Source: a virus
Lineage: Duplodnaviria; Caudoviricetes
Reading direction: 5' to 3' (one strand)
Virus record (IMG/VR): IMGVR_UViG_3300046795_000055
Location: 1-47,115 of that record
Length of the DNA: 47,115 nucleotides
Shown here: positions 26,301 through 35,737 of the stretch, piece after piece
Numbering within the stretch: position 1 is the stretch's first letter
Layout: each line of letters starts with the position of its first letter
The notes under the pieces: generated by a model
What the model saw: the letters and a program-made list of their open reading frames with translations, nothing else
Database searches by the model: none
Told to the model about the DNA's origin: nothing
Translations under genes and position numbers: made by a program

Positions 26301-27319
26301 AACCAGGCCCACTAGACCTACCTACGATATGGCGCGGCTGCGACTGGGGGCCGGTTACTCTCAAGTGGAAGGACAAGAACGGACAACCGATCAATCTCTC
26401 AGGCTGGTATCCGGTGGCGCAGTCTCTGAAGATCAACCTGAATCCCACTATCACGGATGTCGGACAAGGGGAAACCCAACTGGCACTCAACAGGCAGCAG
26501 ACCAAGAATCTCAGGCTGGGAGTGGAGAACTGGGACTGGATCTGGCAGAGAATTCAGGGACAGTACCGCTTTCCGCCGTTTCTGGCTGGCAAGGTGCAGA
26601 TCAAAGACCCGGTATCGCCTGTCCTCGGCGACGAGCCACCATTCATCCCGCCAGAAACTCCTGTGGCCATTGCCGGAACGAACGTCACGCATAACTCGTT
26701 CAGGGCAAACTGGGAGCCAGCAGAGCGTGCGATTGGTTACCTGCTTGATGTAAACACCAATGCGAATTTCGGCACCAACACTTTCGTTCCTGGTTACAGG
26801 AATCGTGATGTCGGGAACATCCAGCACCTTGTTGTCGTGGGGCTGGAGGAGTTCCTCGACTATCATTACCGGCTTCGCGCCTACAACCATGGCGGCACCA
26901 CCATCAATTCCAACGTCATTCATGTCCACACGCTTCACGCGCCGCCGCCGGGGAATGACAATTTTGCCGACAACCTCCCGTTGCCCGGCCTGGCTGGTTC
27001 GACCGTTGGAACGACTCGCGGTGCCACACATCAGAATGGCGAACCTCCGGGGGCGCACACGGTCTGGTACCGATGGCGCAGACCCAGCACGCCTGTTGTC
27101 TCCTACTGGAGACTGGATGATAACGCCAACAAGATCGACATTTACAAAGGCGATTCCCTGGAAACGCTTCACCTCCTGGCCTCATCCGTGGGAGATCCTC
27201 CCGCCCTGAGCTTCATCGCGGGAGACGACGAAACCATCGCTTTTTACCGGGTACGCGTGTCCGTGGCTGATGGCAGCTTCGGCAACCCATTCACCATGCA
27301 CTGGACTTACGCGATATGA
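26297..27319 (+). CDS. Virion protein: BppU-like N-terminus, fibronectin type III domain and PPxNDNFA domain
   Basis: SFRANW...GYLLDV...GL...YHYRLRAYN (FN3); PPGNDNFA...GEP...VWYRW. Confidence 0.75.
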   Translation: MKPGPLDLPTIWRGCDWGPVTLKWKDKNGQPINLSGWYPVAQSLKINLNPTITDVGQGETQLALNRQQTKNLRLGVENWDWIWQRIQGQYRFPPFLAGKVQIKDPVSPVLGDEPPFIPPETPVAIAGTNVTHNSFRANWEPAERAIGYLLDVNTNANFGTNTFVPGYRNRDVGNIQHLVVVGLEEFLDYHYRLRAYNHGGTTINSNVIHVHTLHAPPPGNDNFADNLPLPGLAGSTVGTTRGATHQNGEPPGAHTVWYRWRRPSTPVVSYWRLDDNANKIDIYKGDSLETLHLLASSVGDPPALSFIAGDDETIAFYRVRVSVADGSFGNPFTMHWTYAI

Positions 27320-28770
27320 CCAAGACTCTGGACGAAGTTACGACAGAGTTAGACCTGACCGAGATTCGCGTGGAGGTCGGCTTTCCGGATACGCCCTTTG
27401 GCGGCGTGCAGGCATTCGGGATCGGCGACGCGCCCATACAGGTGGTCTTCGGCAACGAATTCGGAGAAGAAAGTCCGGATACTCCCGAGACTCCCGAGAC
27501 GCCTCCGCCCACTGGGGAAGGAGTCCCCGGCCCGCAAGGGCCGCCAGGCCCGAAAGGTGACCCCGGTGAACCTGGGCCGCCTGGCCCAGCGGGAGAAGAT
27601 GGAGCGGCGGGTGCTAAAGGAGCACAGGGAATTCAGGGAGAACCTGGAGCAGAAGGAGCAGCCGGTGACCAGGGAATCCCCGGGGCAGCAGGCCCGCAGG
27701 GTGTTCAGGGCGCACCAGGCCCGGCCGGGCCAAAGGGAGCTGACGGCACAAGTGTCCAGATCAAAGGTTCAGTGGCGAATTCAGCAGCTCTCCCTCCGAG
27801 CGGCAACACTCCAGGAGACCTCTGGATCACACTCGACACCGGTCACGGATGGGTGTGGGGATTGCCAGGACAATGGAGCGACATCGGGCCGATTCAAGGG
27901 CCGCCCGGCGCGACAGGTGCTCCTGGAGCAGTAGGCGCACAAGGGCCAGCGGGCGCAACCGGCCCGCAGGGAGCAAAGGGAGATGTTGGTGCGATGGGGC
28001 CGCAGGGAGCGCAAGGCGTTCAAGGACAACAAGGGCCAAAAGGCACCACAGGGAGCACCGGAGCAACTGGCGCAACAGGAGCGCAGGGAATCCCAGGCCC
28101 GACAGGAGCGACTGGCCCGCAGGGAAACATAGGGCCGCAAGGAAACACCGGATCTCAAGGAGTGAAGGGCGACCCCGGGGCTGCTGGGCCACAGGGAGCG
28201 AAGGGTGACAAGGGTGATCCAGGGGCGCAAGGAATTCAGGGCAACACAGGATTGACCGGCCCTCAGGGTGCGGTGGGCGCGGCTGGGCCGGGAGTCGTGG
28301 CTGGCGGAGCACTTGGCGCGATCCTTCGGAAGAAAAGCGCAACCGACTACGACACGGAATGGAAAACGCCCTCCAGCGCACAGGGGTTCGTAGCGACCAA
28401 TCCAAGTATCACGGGTCTTGCTCGTAAGATGTTCGGCCTAAGTGGTCTCATCACACCATCTTTCAGTGGAAAGGTGCTGGCATTGATAAGCACATCCTTA
28501 AAATGCACCGTCTCTTTTACGGGTCAGGCACAGATGCATTACGGCACAGGAGCAGCTCCGTTAAACGGACAGGCTTCAGCAGGGACAGCGATAGGATCAG
28601 TTTTTCAGCCCGATAGTGATGGTGGACAGATCGGTTCGACTTTCTGTGCCGTTGTAACCGGACTAACTGTAGGCACTCAGTACTGGTTCGACCTTGAAGG
28701 GGTCACAACCAACGCTGGTGCATCGCTTGTCGCGGTCTTGCCGGGAGTCACTTTGGTAGAACTCCCATGA
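27316..28770 (+). CDS. Collagen-like fibre protein
   Basis: Two long Gly-X-Y tracts split by a small Trp-containing domain; [11 protein letters not shown] linker; beta-rich C-terminus. Confidence 0.9.
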   Translation: MTKTLDEVTTELDLTEIRVEVGFPDTPFGGVQAFGIGDAPIQVVFGNEFGEESPDTPETPETPPPTGEGVPGPQGPPGPKGDPGEPGPPGPAGEDGAAGAKGAQGIQGEPGAEGAAGDQGIPGAAGPQGVQGAPGPAGPKGADGTSVQIKGSVANSAALPPSGNTPGDLWITLDTGHGWVWGLPGQWSDIGPIQGPPGATGAPGAVGAQGPAGATGPQGAKGDVGAMGPQGAQGVQGQQGPKGTTGSTGATGATGAQGIPGPTGATGPQGNIGPQGNTGSQGVKGDPGAAGPQGAKGDKGDPGAQGIQGNTGLTGPQGAVGAAGPGVVAGGALGAILRKKSATDYDTEWKTPSSAQGFVATNPSITGLARKMFGLSGLITPSFSGKVLALISTSLKCTVSFTGQAQMHYGTGAAPLNGQASAGTAIGSVFQPDSDGGQIGSTFCAVVTGLTVGTQYWFDLEGVTTNAGASLVAVLPGVTLVELP

Positions 28771-29057
28771 AGGAAGAACCATGGAAACATTTTCTCAACT
28801 GGGGCGCGGTGCTGATGTTCCTGTTCATGCCAATACTGATAATGACGATCCAGCTTTTTGCGCTGGCCTTCCCAAGTTTTCTGAGCGAAGCCCTGCCACA
28901 GCAAGAGTTCAAGTACCTCTACGAATTCCAGCGTGCCCTTGCCGTTCTGGTGTTCGGATTGTCTGGCCTCCGCACCTGGGAAGTGGTTAAAGACAGAAAT
29001 GGAAAACACAATGGACAAAGTAAAGATCGAACAACGGATCACAGAGCTGACCACTGA
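28767..29057 (+). CDS. Holin-like membrane protein
   Basis: Hydrophobic helices and GLSGLRTWE motif like 3TM-holin family proteins; basic tail. Confidence 0.6.
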   Translation: MKEEPWKHFLNWGAVLMFLFMPILIMTIQLFALAFPSFLSEALPQQEFKYLYEFQRALAVLVFGLSGLRTWEVVKDRNGKHNGQSKDRTTDHRADH

Positions 29058-29256
29058 GAGAGCGAGGCTGAAAGACGCTCACACCGAACTGGTGCAGCAG
29101 AACCAGCGCGTGAATCAGGACTTTCAGCAGCGGATCGTCCAGAACCAGACCCGCTACGCCCAACTCACGGGAGCCATCGACGAACTCAAGCACATGACGA
29201 ACGGCCAGACACCACCTTCGACAGAAAACCAACCACAGGAGAAAACAACACCATGA
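28999..29256 (+). CDS. Small coiled-coil protein
   Basis: Heptad-rich ORF coupled to the next gene. Confidence 0.65.
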   Translation: MENTMDKVKIEQRITELTTERARLKDAHTELVQQNQRVNQDFQQRIVQNQTRYAQLTGAIDELKHMTNGQTPPSTENQPQEKTTP

Positions 29257-29456
29257 TTATCTACCTACCACTGCTCATATCCATCATCGGACTGCTCATG
29301 TACGTCCTCGCAGGGAATCCCAAGATCGTTGAGATCGGACGGATCATGTTCTGGACTGGCTTGCTCGCATTTCTGATGGGCGGCGGAGCAATCCACGCAG
29401 TACAGGGCGGAAAAACGGGGCAATACGCGCCACCGGTAAACGAACTGTCCACTTAA
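29253..29456 (+). CDS. Small two-TM membrane protein
   Basis: Two hydrophobic helices joined by NPKIVEIGR. Confidence 0.7.
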   Translation: MIIYLPLLISIIGLLMYVLAGNPKIVEIGRIMFWTGLLAFLMGGGAIHAVQGGKTGQYAPPVNELST

Positions 29457-30068
29457 ATGAGCTGCCCAGGAACAGGAATCGAGTGCGACACGGTTCAAAT
29501 CATTGAGCCGAATACCGACCTGCTGGTCGATACCGCTGGTGCCAACAGCGATATTGACGAACACGGAGAGGTGCTTCTTAACCAGGGACAAACCGGAGTC
29601 ATTGTTTACTTCGTGGTACCAAAGCTCAACGCAAACTACAGCTTTGAGTACCTCTACGTTGAAGCAGCGAACCCGCCGCAGTCCCATCCAGGCACGGTCA
29701 TTCCCATACCGACGATCAAGTTGAATATCGGTTTTGGCATCCGGCTGGCGGGTTCACCGATTGCTCCTGGGTATGTGTTGAAGTGGCGGGTCACCATCAA
29801 GAGGACTTCAAGCCTGGTTCAGATTGATGCTCCAGAGAATCTCTACCTGCAAATGCCACGGACGACCACCATGCAGGTCGTCTTTGCCAATCCTCGCGGC
29901 GGAGTCGATTACGGCTTCAGCGAGCTGCGGGTGGAGAACCTGATTGATACGACCCGCAGGGCACTCATCCATGTGCAGGTGTACCAGAAAGGACTCAACG
30001 GGTTCTTCCTGGATGTGAACCCAAGGCCGCCAACGGATCACTACTTCCTGAAGGTGAGAACTCCATGA
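29457..30068 (+). CDS. Beta-rich virion protein
   Basis: ORF within the tail/fibre cluster. Confidence 0.75.
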   Translation: MSCPGTGIECDTVQIIEPNTDLLVDTAGANSDIDEHGEVLLNQGQTGVIVYFVVPKLNANYSFEYLYVEAANPPQSHPGTVIPIPTIKLNIGFGIRLAGSPIAPGYVLKWRVTIKRTSSLVQIDAPENLYLQMPRTTTMQVVFANPRGGVDYGFSELRVENLIDTTRRALIHVQVYQKGLNGFFLDVNPRPPTDHYFLKVRTP

Positions 30069-31114
30069 CACCAATCATCGAAGACACTATCCTGGGAAGC
30101 GACCTGGATTGCCAGTTCTACGACCTGCTCAATGTCAGAAGCCTTGAGCCGGTTCCTCCGAACCTGGCCACCAGCGATCACCCCGGGCTGACTGACGAGA
30201 GACTGCCGCTCCCAGGCAGTGTTTACGATGAGCATGTGGCGATCGACGCTGGCATCGTTCAATCCAAACTCAATTTGGATGGTCAGATCCCCCCGGCATG
30301 GCTCGGTACTTCGCCTGGTACCGCAGCTCAAGGGGATCTGGCCGAATATCTCGCCAATAAGGATCAGCCCGGCGGCTATGCCGGACTGGATTCCACAGGA
30401 AAGATTCCATCAGTGCGGCTGCCGGACGCCGCAGGAGCAGGCACTGTCACCTCTGTTGGCCTGACGATGCCTGCTTCTTTTGGTGTCACCGGAACTCCAG
30501 TGACAGGAGCCGGAACACTTCAAGTCCAGTGGGCACCGGTTCTCGATCTTTCCTGGTTCGGGAACAAGGAAGGGATTGCGGGGCCACCTCAGTTTTACAA
30601 CACTCCACTTCCCCCCACTCTGATCCCCAGCCTTGATGCCTCGGTCGTCACAAGTGGAGTGTTCGACCCGGCCCGTCTCCCGGTGGCCGTGGGGATTGGT
30701 CTCTCCCATGCCTCGGGAGCGGTGCCTTCCCCCGGGGCTGGAACTGGGCCTGGGGAAAACGCTACCGATTACCTGGCCAGGGACATGACTTTCAAGCCCA
30801 TGAGTGGCGATGTGCCCACGGTATTGCCGGTGTTGAAAGCTCCGAAGCTGGTCGCTGACAGGACGGTGGAAGATCCGGTGTCGGTGATCGTGTCCCTGGT
30901 GGAGATGCAGATGCTTGGCGATCCACCGGTGTCAACGGAGGTCAACATCGAAGATGCTCACCACGTTTTCTTTTACGAGATCGCAGCAACCCCGGGCTAT
31001 AAGGAGTTCCCGCCGGAGAAATTTGTTCACGTTACGGCACCGGCCACTGTTCACGCCTACTGCGCTCACGCCGGAATGGAGAATTCCCCTGTAACCACAC
31101 TCACGCTGGCATGA
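30065..31114 (+). CDS. Tail-fibre-type protein, paralogue A
   Basis: GYAGLDSTGKIP and GTVTSVGL fibre motifs. Confidence 0.75.
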   Translation: MTPIIEDTILGSDLDCQFYDLLNVRSLEPVPPNLATSDHPGLTDERLPLPGSVYDEHVAIDAGIVQSKLNLDGQIPPAWLGTSPGTAAQGDLAEYLANKDQPGGYAGLDSTGKIPSVRLPDAAGAGTVTSVGLTMPASFGVTGTPVTGAGTLQVQWAPVLDLSWFGNKEGIAGPPQFYNTPLPPTLIPSLDASVVTSGVFDPARLPVAVGIGLSHASGAVPSPGAGTGPGENATDYLARDMTFKPMSGDVPTVLPVLKAPKLVADRTVEDPVSVIVSLVEMQMLGDPPVSTEVNIEDAHHVFFYEIAATPGYKEFPPEKFVHVTAPATVHAYCAHAGMENSPVTTLTLA

Positions 31115-32214
31115 CACCAATTATTGAAGACACGGTTCTGGCGACTCCTCTGGATTGCCAGAATTTCGACATTCTCAATGCCGGACAGTTGTATCCGGTG
31201 CCTTTGGGTTTGGTCGGCACGAATGACCCCGCGCTCGATGGCCCGAGAGTTCCCGTGCCGGGATCGGTTACCGATTTAAGCGTGAACGCCATAGCAGCCA
31301 TCGCCCAGGACAAACTTCTGTTCAATGGCGCACCTCCACCGTCATGGATCGGCGGCAACAGCAAGCAATTCGCTCCATCAGAACTGGTGGAACGGGTTGC
31401 CAACAAGGGTGCTCCCAATGGCTACGCCGCGCTCGGTGCGGATGGGAAGCTACCGCCCTCTCAGGTCGCCGCAGGCACCGACATTGGAACGGTGACTTAC
31501 GTTGGCCTGAAGATGCCTCCGGAAATGCAGGTGGCAGGAAGCCCGATCACTGACAGCGGATCATTCGCTACCACATGGAAGGATGCTCCTGACGGAAGCT
31601 GGTTTGGCGTTATGACGGCGGGACTGGGTGGAATTCTCCAGCCAGCATTTCAGGTTGCGCCGCTGCCTCCGGGAGCGATTCCATCTATTGACGCCACTAA
31701 GTTCACATCCGGCGTGTTTGATAAGAAACATCTCCCCGTTGCCTCCGGCGGCGCGGATCACGCTCCTGGTGCTGTCCCTGACCCCGGGATAATTGGCCTT
31801 CCTACTGACTACCTCGGGCGCGACATGCAGTGGCATACCCTGACTCCCGACGTCATCACTCAGCCGCGTTGCCCGATGCCGACCATCACGCTGGATTCGT
31901 GGACGGACAAAGACGTCACGGTGACGATTCGCTCAAAGCTGCCTGGGTCGTCACTTTTCATCCTTGTCCAGAAATATCCTCTTTACGAAAGCCCGGGTTT
32001 CTCGCTGTCAAAGGTCGAGCACCACGACAAGGATTTCACCGATATTCACGACACCATCACGGTGAATGAGCTGGACATCGTTTGGGCTTACGCCGCCAAA
32101 GCCGGTTACAACAACAGCGGGTTCGCCACGCAATGTCCCGGTGCTGGAAAAACCAACCCGTGGCTCGTTGTCACGCCATTAACTGTCATCCCCTACCCAG
32201 ACGTATGCCCATGA
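31111..32214 (+). CDS. Tail-fibre-type protein, paralogue B
   Basis: Collinear with paralogue A (MTPIIEDT...LDCQ; GYAALGADGKLP; GTVTYVGL; TDYL.RDM). Confidence 0.75.
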   Translation: MTPIIEDTVLATPLDCQNFDILNAGQLYPVPLGLVGTNDPALDGPRVPVPGSVTDLSVNAIAAIAQDKLLFNGAPPPSWIGGNSKQFAPSELVERVANKGAPNGYAALGADGKLPPSQVAAGTDIGTVTYVGLKMPPEMQVAGSPITDSGSFATTWKDAPDGSWFGVMTAGLGGILQPAFQVAPLPPGAIPSIDATKFTSGVFDKKHLPVASGGADHAPGAVPDPGIIGLPTDYLGRDMQWHTLTPDVITQPRCPMPTITLDSWTDKDVTVTIRSKLPGSSLFILVQKYPLYESPGFSLSKVEHHDKDFTDIHDTITVNELDIVWAYAAKAGYNNSGFATQCPGAGKTNPWLVVTPLTVIPYPDVCP

Positions 32215-33812
32215 ACAGAGAAACTGAAATACCTCTACCTGTTGAAGAATCTGGAAGGACGTTGATTTACGACGGACTGGCCCAGAACGACATCGACATG
32301 GCGAATTACAGGTTGCTGAACCTGGACACCACCAACCTGCCTCCGATCGGAATTCCTCCCACCATCCATCCTCCGGCCAATCAGTGGCTGCACGACTGGG
32401 ATGGGATCAATCATGTCTGGACAGCAACGCGGCCTACCTTCCTGGATATTGGCCCTGACAACGGAACGCTGACCAGAGACCAGCAATTAAGAATCTCCTC
32501 TCTTGGCGACGTCAGAATCGGGCAGTGGAACGCCACTCCGCTTGCCCCAAACAGGGTGCCCAGGCTCGACCTGATTATGCCCCCGCAGGACAACCTGAGC
32601 ATCAACAACAAGAGGGTCGTCAATGTAGCCAATCCTGTCGATCCCAATGATGCGGTCAATAAAGGCTTCATGGACATGCTGCTGCAAGGCTTGAATCCAA
32701 AGGCAGCGGTTCGGGTGGCTTCACCAGGATCTGGACGACCATGGCCCGGCCCAGGTGGACTGGGCGTGATTGATGGGGTCGAGATTCAGGACGGAGACCG
32801 AGTTCTCCTGTACAGTTATCCGCCTAACACTGCCTACCATGAAGGCATCTGGATTGCCCGCGATGCAGTTAATTGGGAACGCGCTCCTGACACTCTCGGA
32901 GTGGGCGGATTGGATCGGGCCTACGTCCACGTTCTGGAAGGTGACCTGAACGCCGGAACAAGTTGGGTGCAGGTCGCCACGCTTGCTCATAACCCGCCGC
33001 AGCTTGGCGATGACCCGAACTGGATTCTCTTTTCCACCAGCGGGGCAACCATTCTCCCGGGCAGTGGACTGACCAAGGACGGCAACACGCTCAACGTGGT
33101 CGGCACGCCTGGAAGGATCTGGGTCGGGCCTGACAACGTGGACATTGATCCCGCTTACACGGGCCAGGATTCCATCACCAACCTTGGTCACGTTACAGAA
33201 GGCCGGTGGAACGCGGAACTGATCGAGGGCGCATACGGAGGGACAGGAGTCCAGAATTCCGGCAAGACAATCTCCATTTGCGGGAATTTCAGCACCTTCA
33301 TGCCGCTGGATTCTCCGGACATAACAGCAGGCCGCGCCCTGATCTTTGCCCTGCTCGACAACACCCGACTGACACTTCCTACGGCTGGAATGGTTGCCAC
33401 TGTTGACCATCCAGAGACCTTCACCAATAAGCGCATCGAGAAGCGCGTGGCGTCCTTTGTCGCGTTCGCTAGACCGGCCATCGACACTGACAACAACGAT
33501 GTTTACAAACTGACCGCGCAGGATCAGCCGATCCTTTCATTCACCGACAACCTGAGCGGGACGCCCACTGACGGACAGGAGCTTGAAATCTTCATCGAGG
33601 AAGTGCATGAGATTCCGCCTCCTCCCGCGCCGCCTGACATTCCAGTGGTGCAGTCCTTCCCCATCACATGGGGTGACGCATTCCGTGATAGCGGGACACT
33701 TAAACTGCCGCAGGTCACGGTTGGACTTGGTGGAATCTACGTCAAGTTCGTCTTTAACACCGACCACGGCAAATGGTGGCTGGTCAACAGGGTGGACGAC
33801 TTTGCCCTATGA
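32211..33812 (+). CDS. Tail fibre protein
   Basis: NVANPVDPNDAVNK, K.AVRVA, GDRVLL, GSGLTKDGNTL, YGGTG fibre motifs; ATG 32211 coupled. Confidence 0.8.
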   Translation: MNRETEIPLPVEESGRTLIYDGLAQNDIDMANYRLLNLDTTNLPPIGIPPTIHPPANQWLHDWDGINHVWTATRPTFLDIGPDNGTLTRDQQLRISSLGDVRIGQWNATPLAPNRVPRLDLIMPPQDNLSINNKRVVNVANPVDPNDAVNKGFMDMLLQGLNPKAAVRVASPGSGRPWPGPGGLGVIDGVEIQDGDRVLLYSYPPNTAYHEGIWIARDAVNWERAPDTLGVGGLDRAYVHVLEGDLNAGTSWVQVATLAHNPPQLGDDPNWILFSTSGATILPGSGLTKDGNTLNVVGTPGRIWVGPDNVDIDPAYTGQDSITNLGHVTEGRWNAELIEGAYGGTGVQNSGKTISICGNFSTFMPLDSPDITAGRALIFALLDNTRLTLPTAGMVATVDHPETFTNKRIEKRVASFVAFARPAIDTDNNDVYKLTAQDQPILSFTDNLSGTPTDGQELEIFIEEVHEIPPPPAPPDIPVVQSFPITWGDAFRDSGTLKLPQVTVGLGGIYVKFVFNTDHGKWWLVNRVDDFAL

Positions 33813-35737
33813 TTGATTTCTGGCAGCGTTTCTTTGGGAATACCGGTGGCGGTGGAAGCAGGTTCACTGGCGGCGGTGGGACATTTCCTCCTCCCACAAA
33901 TCCCAATCCTTTTTCAAACATTCCGGATAGGTACGGTTGGCCGCCTACAGCCCCATGGATGGATTTCGGCAACAGAACTGACCCGACAATGACCCAACTG
34001 GTGCCCGGACTAGATCCGGATATGCCAAATTCAGAATTTGAGCAGCCTTTCAGGGGCGGTGGCCAAACGATCTACGATCCGGCGGAAATGTCGAACTTCG
34101 GTGACCTCTGGCATAAGATGTATCCCAATGCCCCCACGGGCGGTGCCGATCGCAACATTCTCACTCCTCAAGAAAGACAGCGGATGGGGATTCCCGATGC
34201 CAATGGCTACCAAACCATCGGCTACACACCCGACTACCCATACGGCGGAGATGATTCGCTGCCTCCACCGGCCAACATGGTACCTGAGCCGAGCCTTGCT
34301 CCCGACCTGGAGCCACGATTCGGCGGGCCTGGGTCTTACCCCATAAGTAATCCTGCGCCTAACGAGACCATGTATCCCAATGACATGGGATACTTCCCTC
34401 CCGATTTCCCGCCTGATTTCAACAACCAGTACTTCCCCGATACGGTCTATAACCCTGCGCCTAACGACTTCATGGCTCCGCCAGCCAATGACATCTACCG
34501 GGATTATCCGTCCAATCCGAACCCCGCGCCAAATGAGTTCATGGCTCCGCCTACTAATGACGTTTACCAGGATTATCCATCTAACCCGAATCCTGCTCCC
34601 AATGAGACCATGTACCCGACCGGTACCAGTGGTTACTATGACCCGACTGGAAACAGCTACGATTTTTCGGGCAGTCCGGTAAATGCGTTCAGTCCTCCTG
34701 ATATTTTCGCAAATGGCCCAGCAGATCCAGGTGCGGGATTCCAGTGGCCTTTCTTTATTGACCAGTTTTCAACCCCGGGCGGTGTACCTGACACCGGCGG
34801 CGGCGGTGGAGGCAATGTTAGCCCAGATGCCTACTCCGATCCCAACACTTACGCTCCATCGCCGGGTAATCCCCAGACCATAAATCCGAATGATCCCAAC
34901 AACAATCTGACCCGTGGTGGGCAAAGCATGCCTCTTTATCCGACCGCGAATGATGTATTTCCACAACCTTCGATGATGGATGAACTGGGACGGCCCACTG
35001 ACTGGAGGGGAGCTGGCCAGTTTGTCAAGGACGCCGCTGGCAACATTCGTGATGCCGCAGGAAGGATCGTTCAGGCAGCCGGAGAAGCCGCAACGGGAAT
35101 TTTTAACAACATAATGAACGACCCTGGTTACTCCAGCCCAGGTTACCTTCAGTCCATAGGTTATCGTCCTGGCCAGGGGACTGGTTCAATGTGGCCGGGA
35201 GGATCGGAAGGTTACGGGAGTGACAATCCTTTTTCGCCTGAGTTTTCACTGACACCCGGCCCTATGCAGGGTGGTTTCATTGGCGGAGTCGGAGGACAGG
35301 GAGGAACACTGGCCGGAGGCGGCACAGTGGGAAACATGCTCACAGCCATCGGCTTCGGCGGCAATCTGGGTGGTGGCGGGCCAGTTAATCCCTCTGCTCT
35401 GGGCGGTATCAGAGGGCCAGCTAACCAGGCACTGACATACCTCCACAGGATGTATAAGGGTCTTTACACTACGCCTCAGAATTTTGGCCTGTTTAAGCAT
35501 GCAATGCCGAGTCCCTGGGCCAGTCAGCCGCTTGGAAGTCCGTTGAACCCGGGGTGGAACTGGAACACCTACCATGGCGGGCAGGTTGATTTCCACAACC
35601 AACTGGTGAACACACCGGGTCTTTACCAGTCAATCATTGACCGCCTGACCAGTGGTAGTGGCGAAAAAGGAGCAAATGTCGGCGGCGGGCCTCCACAGAA
35701 ACTCTCTCGGCACACACCAGAATTGAAACCGGCATGA
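33809..35737 (+). CDS. Pro/Gly/Asn-rich low-complexity protein, probably virion-associated
   Basis: ~640-aa ORF coupled at both ends; internal repeats. Confidence 0.8.
   Translation: MIDFWQRFFGNTGGGGSRFTGGGGTFPPPTNPNPFSNIPDRYGWPPTAPWMDFGNRTDPTMTQLVPGLDPDMPNSEFEQPFRGGGQTIYDPAEMSNFGDLWHKMYPNAPTGGADRNILTPQERQRMGIPDANGYQTIGYTPDYPYGGDDSLPPPANMVPEPSLAPDLEPRFGGPGSYPISNPAPNETMYPNDMGYFPPDFPPDFNNQYFPDTVYNPAPNDFMAPPANDIYRDYPSNPNPAPNEFMAPPTNDVYQDYPSNPNPAPNETMYPTGTSGYYDPTGNSYDFSGSPVNAFSPPDIFANGPADPGAGFQWPFFIDQFSTPGGVPDTGGGGGGNVSPDAYSDPNTYAPSPGNPQTINPNDPNNNLTRGGQSMPLYPTANDVFPQPSMMDELGRPTDWRGAGQFVKDAAGNIRDAAGRIVQAAGEAATGIFNNIMNDPGYSSPGYLQSIGYRPGQGTGSMWPGGSEGYGSDNPFSPEFSLTPGPMQGGFIGGVGGQGGTLAGGGTVGNMLTAIGFGGNLGGGGPVNPSALGGIRGPANQALTYLHRMYKGLYTTPQNFGLFKHAMPSPWASQPLGSPLNPGWNWNTYHGGQVDFHNQLVNTPGLYQSIIDRLTSGSGEKGANVGGGPPQKLSRHTPELKPA
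34349..34618 (+). repeat. Coding repeats NPAPN(E/D)(T/F)M; two 69-bp tandem units at 34451 and 34520
   Basis: NPAPNDFMAPPANDIYRDYPSNP and NPAPNEFMAPPTNDVYQDYPSNP flanked by NPAPNETMYP copies. Confidence 0.9.

Noticed and set aside
27523-28290. Collagen repeats as a eukaryotic transfer or a DNA repeat element
   Set aside because: Gly-X-Y tracts are common in phage fibres; the DNA periodicity follows from the protein repeat
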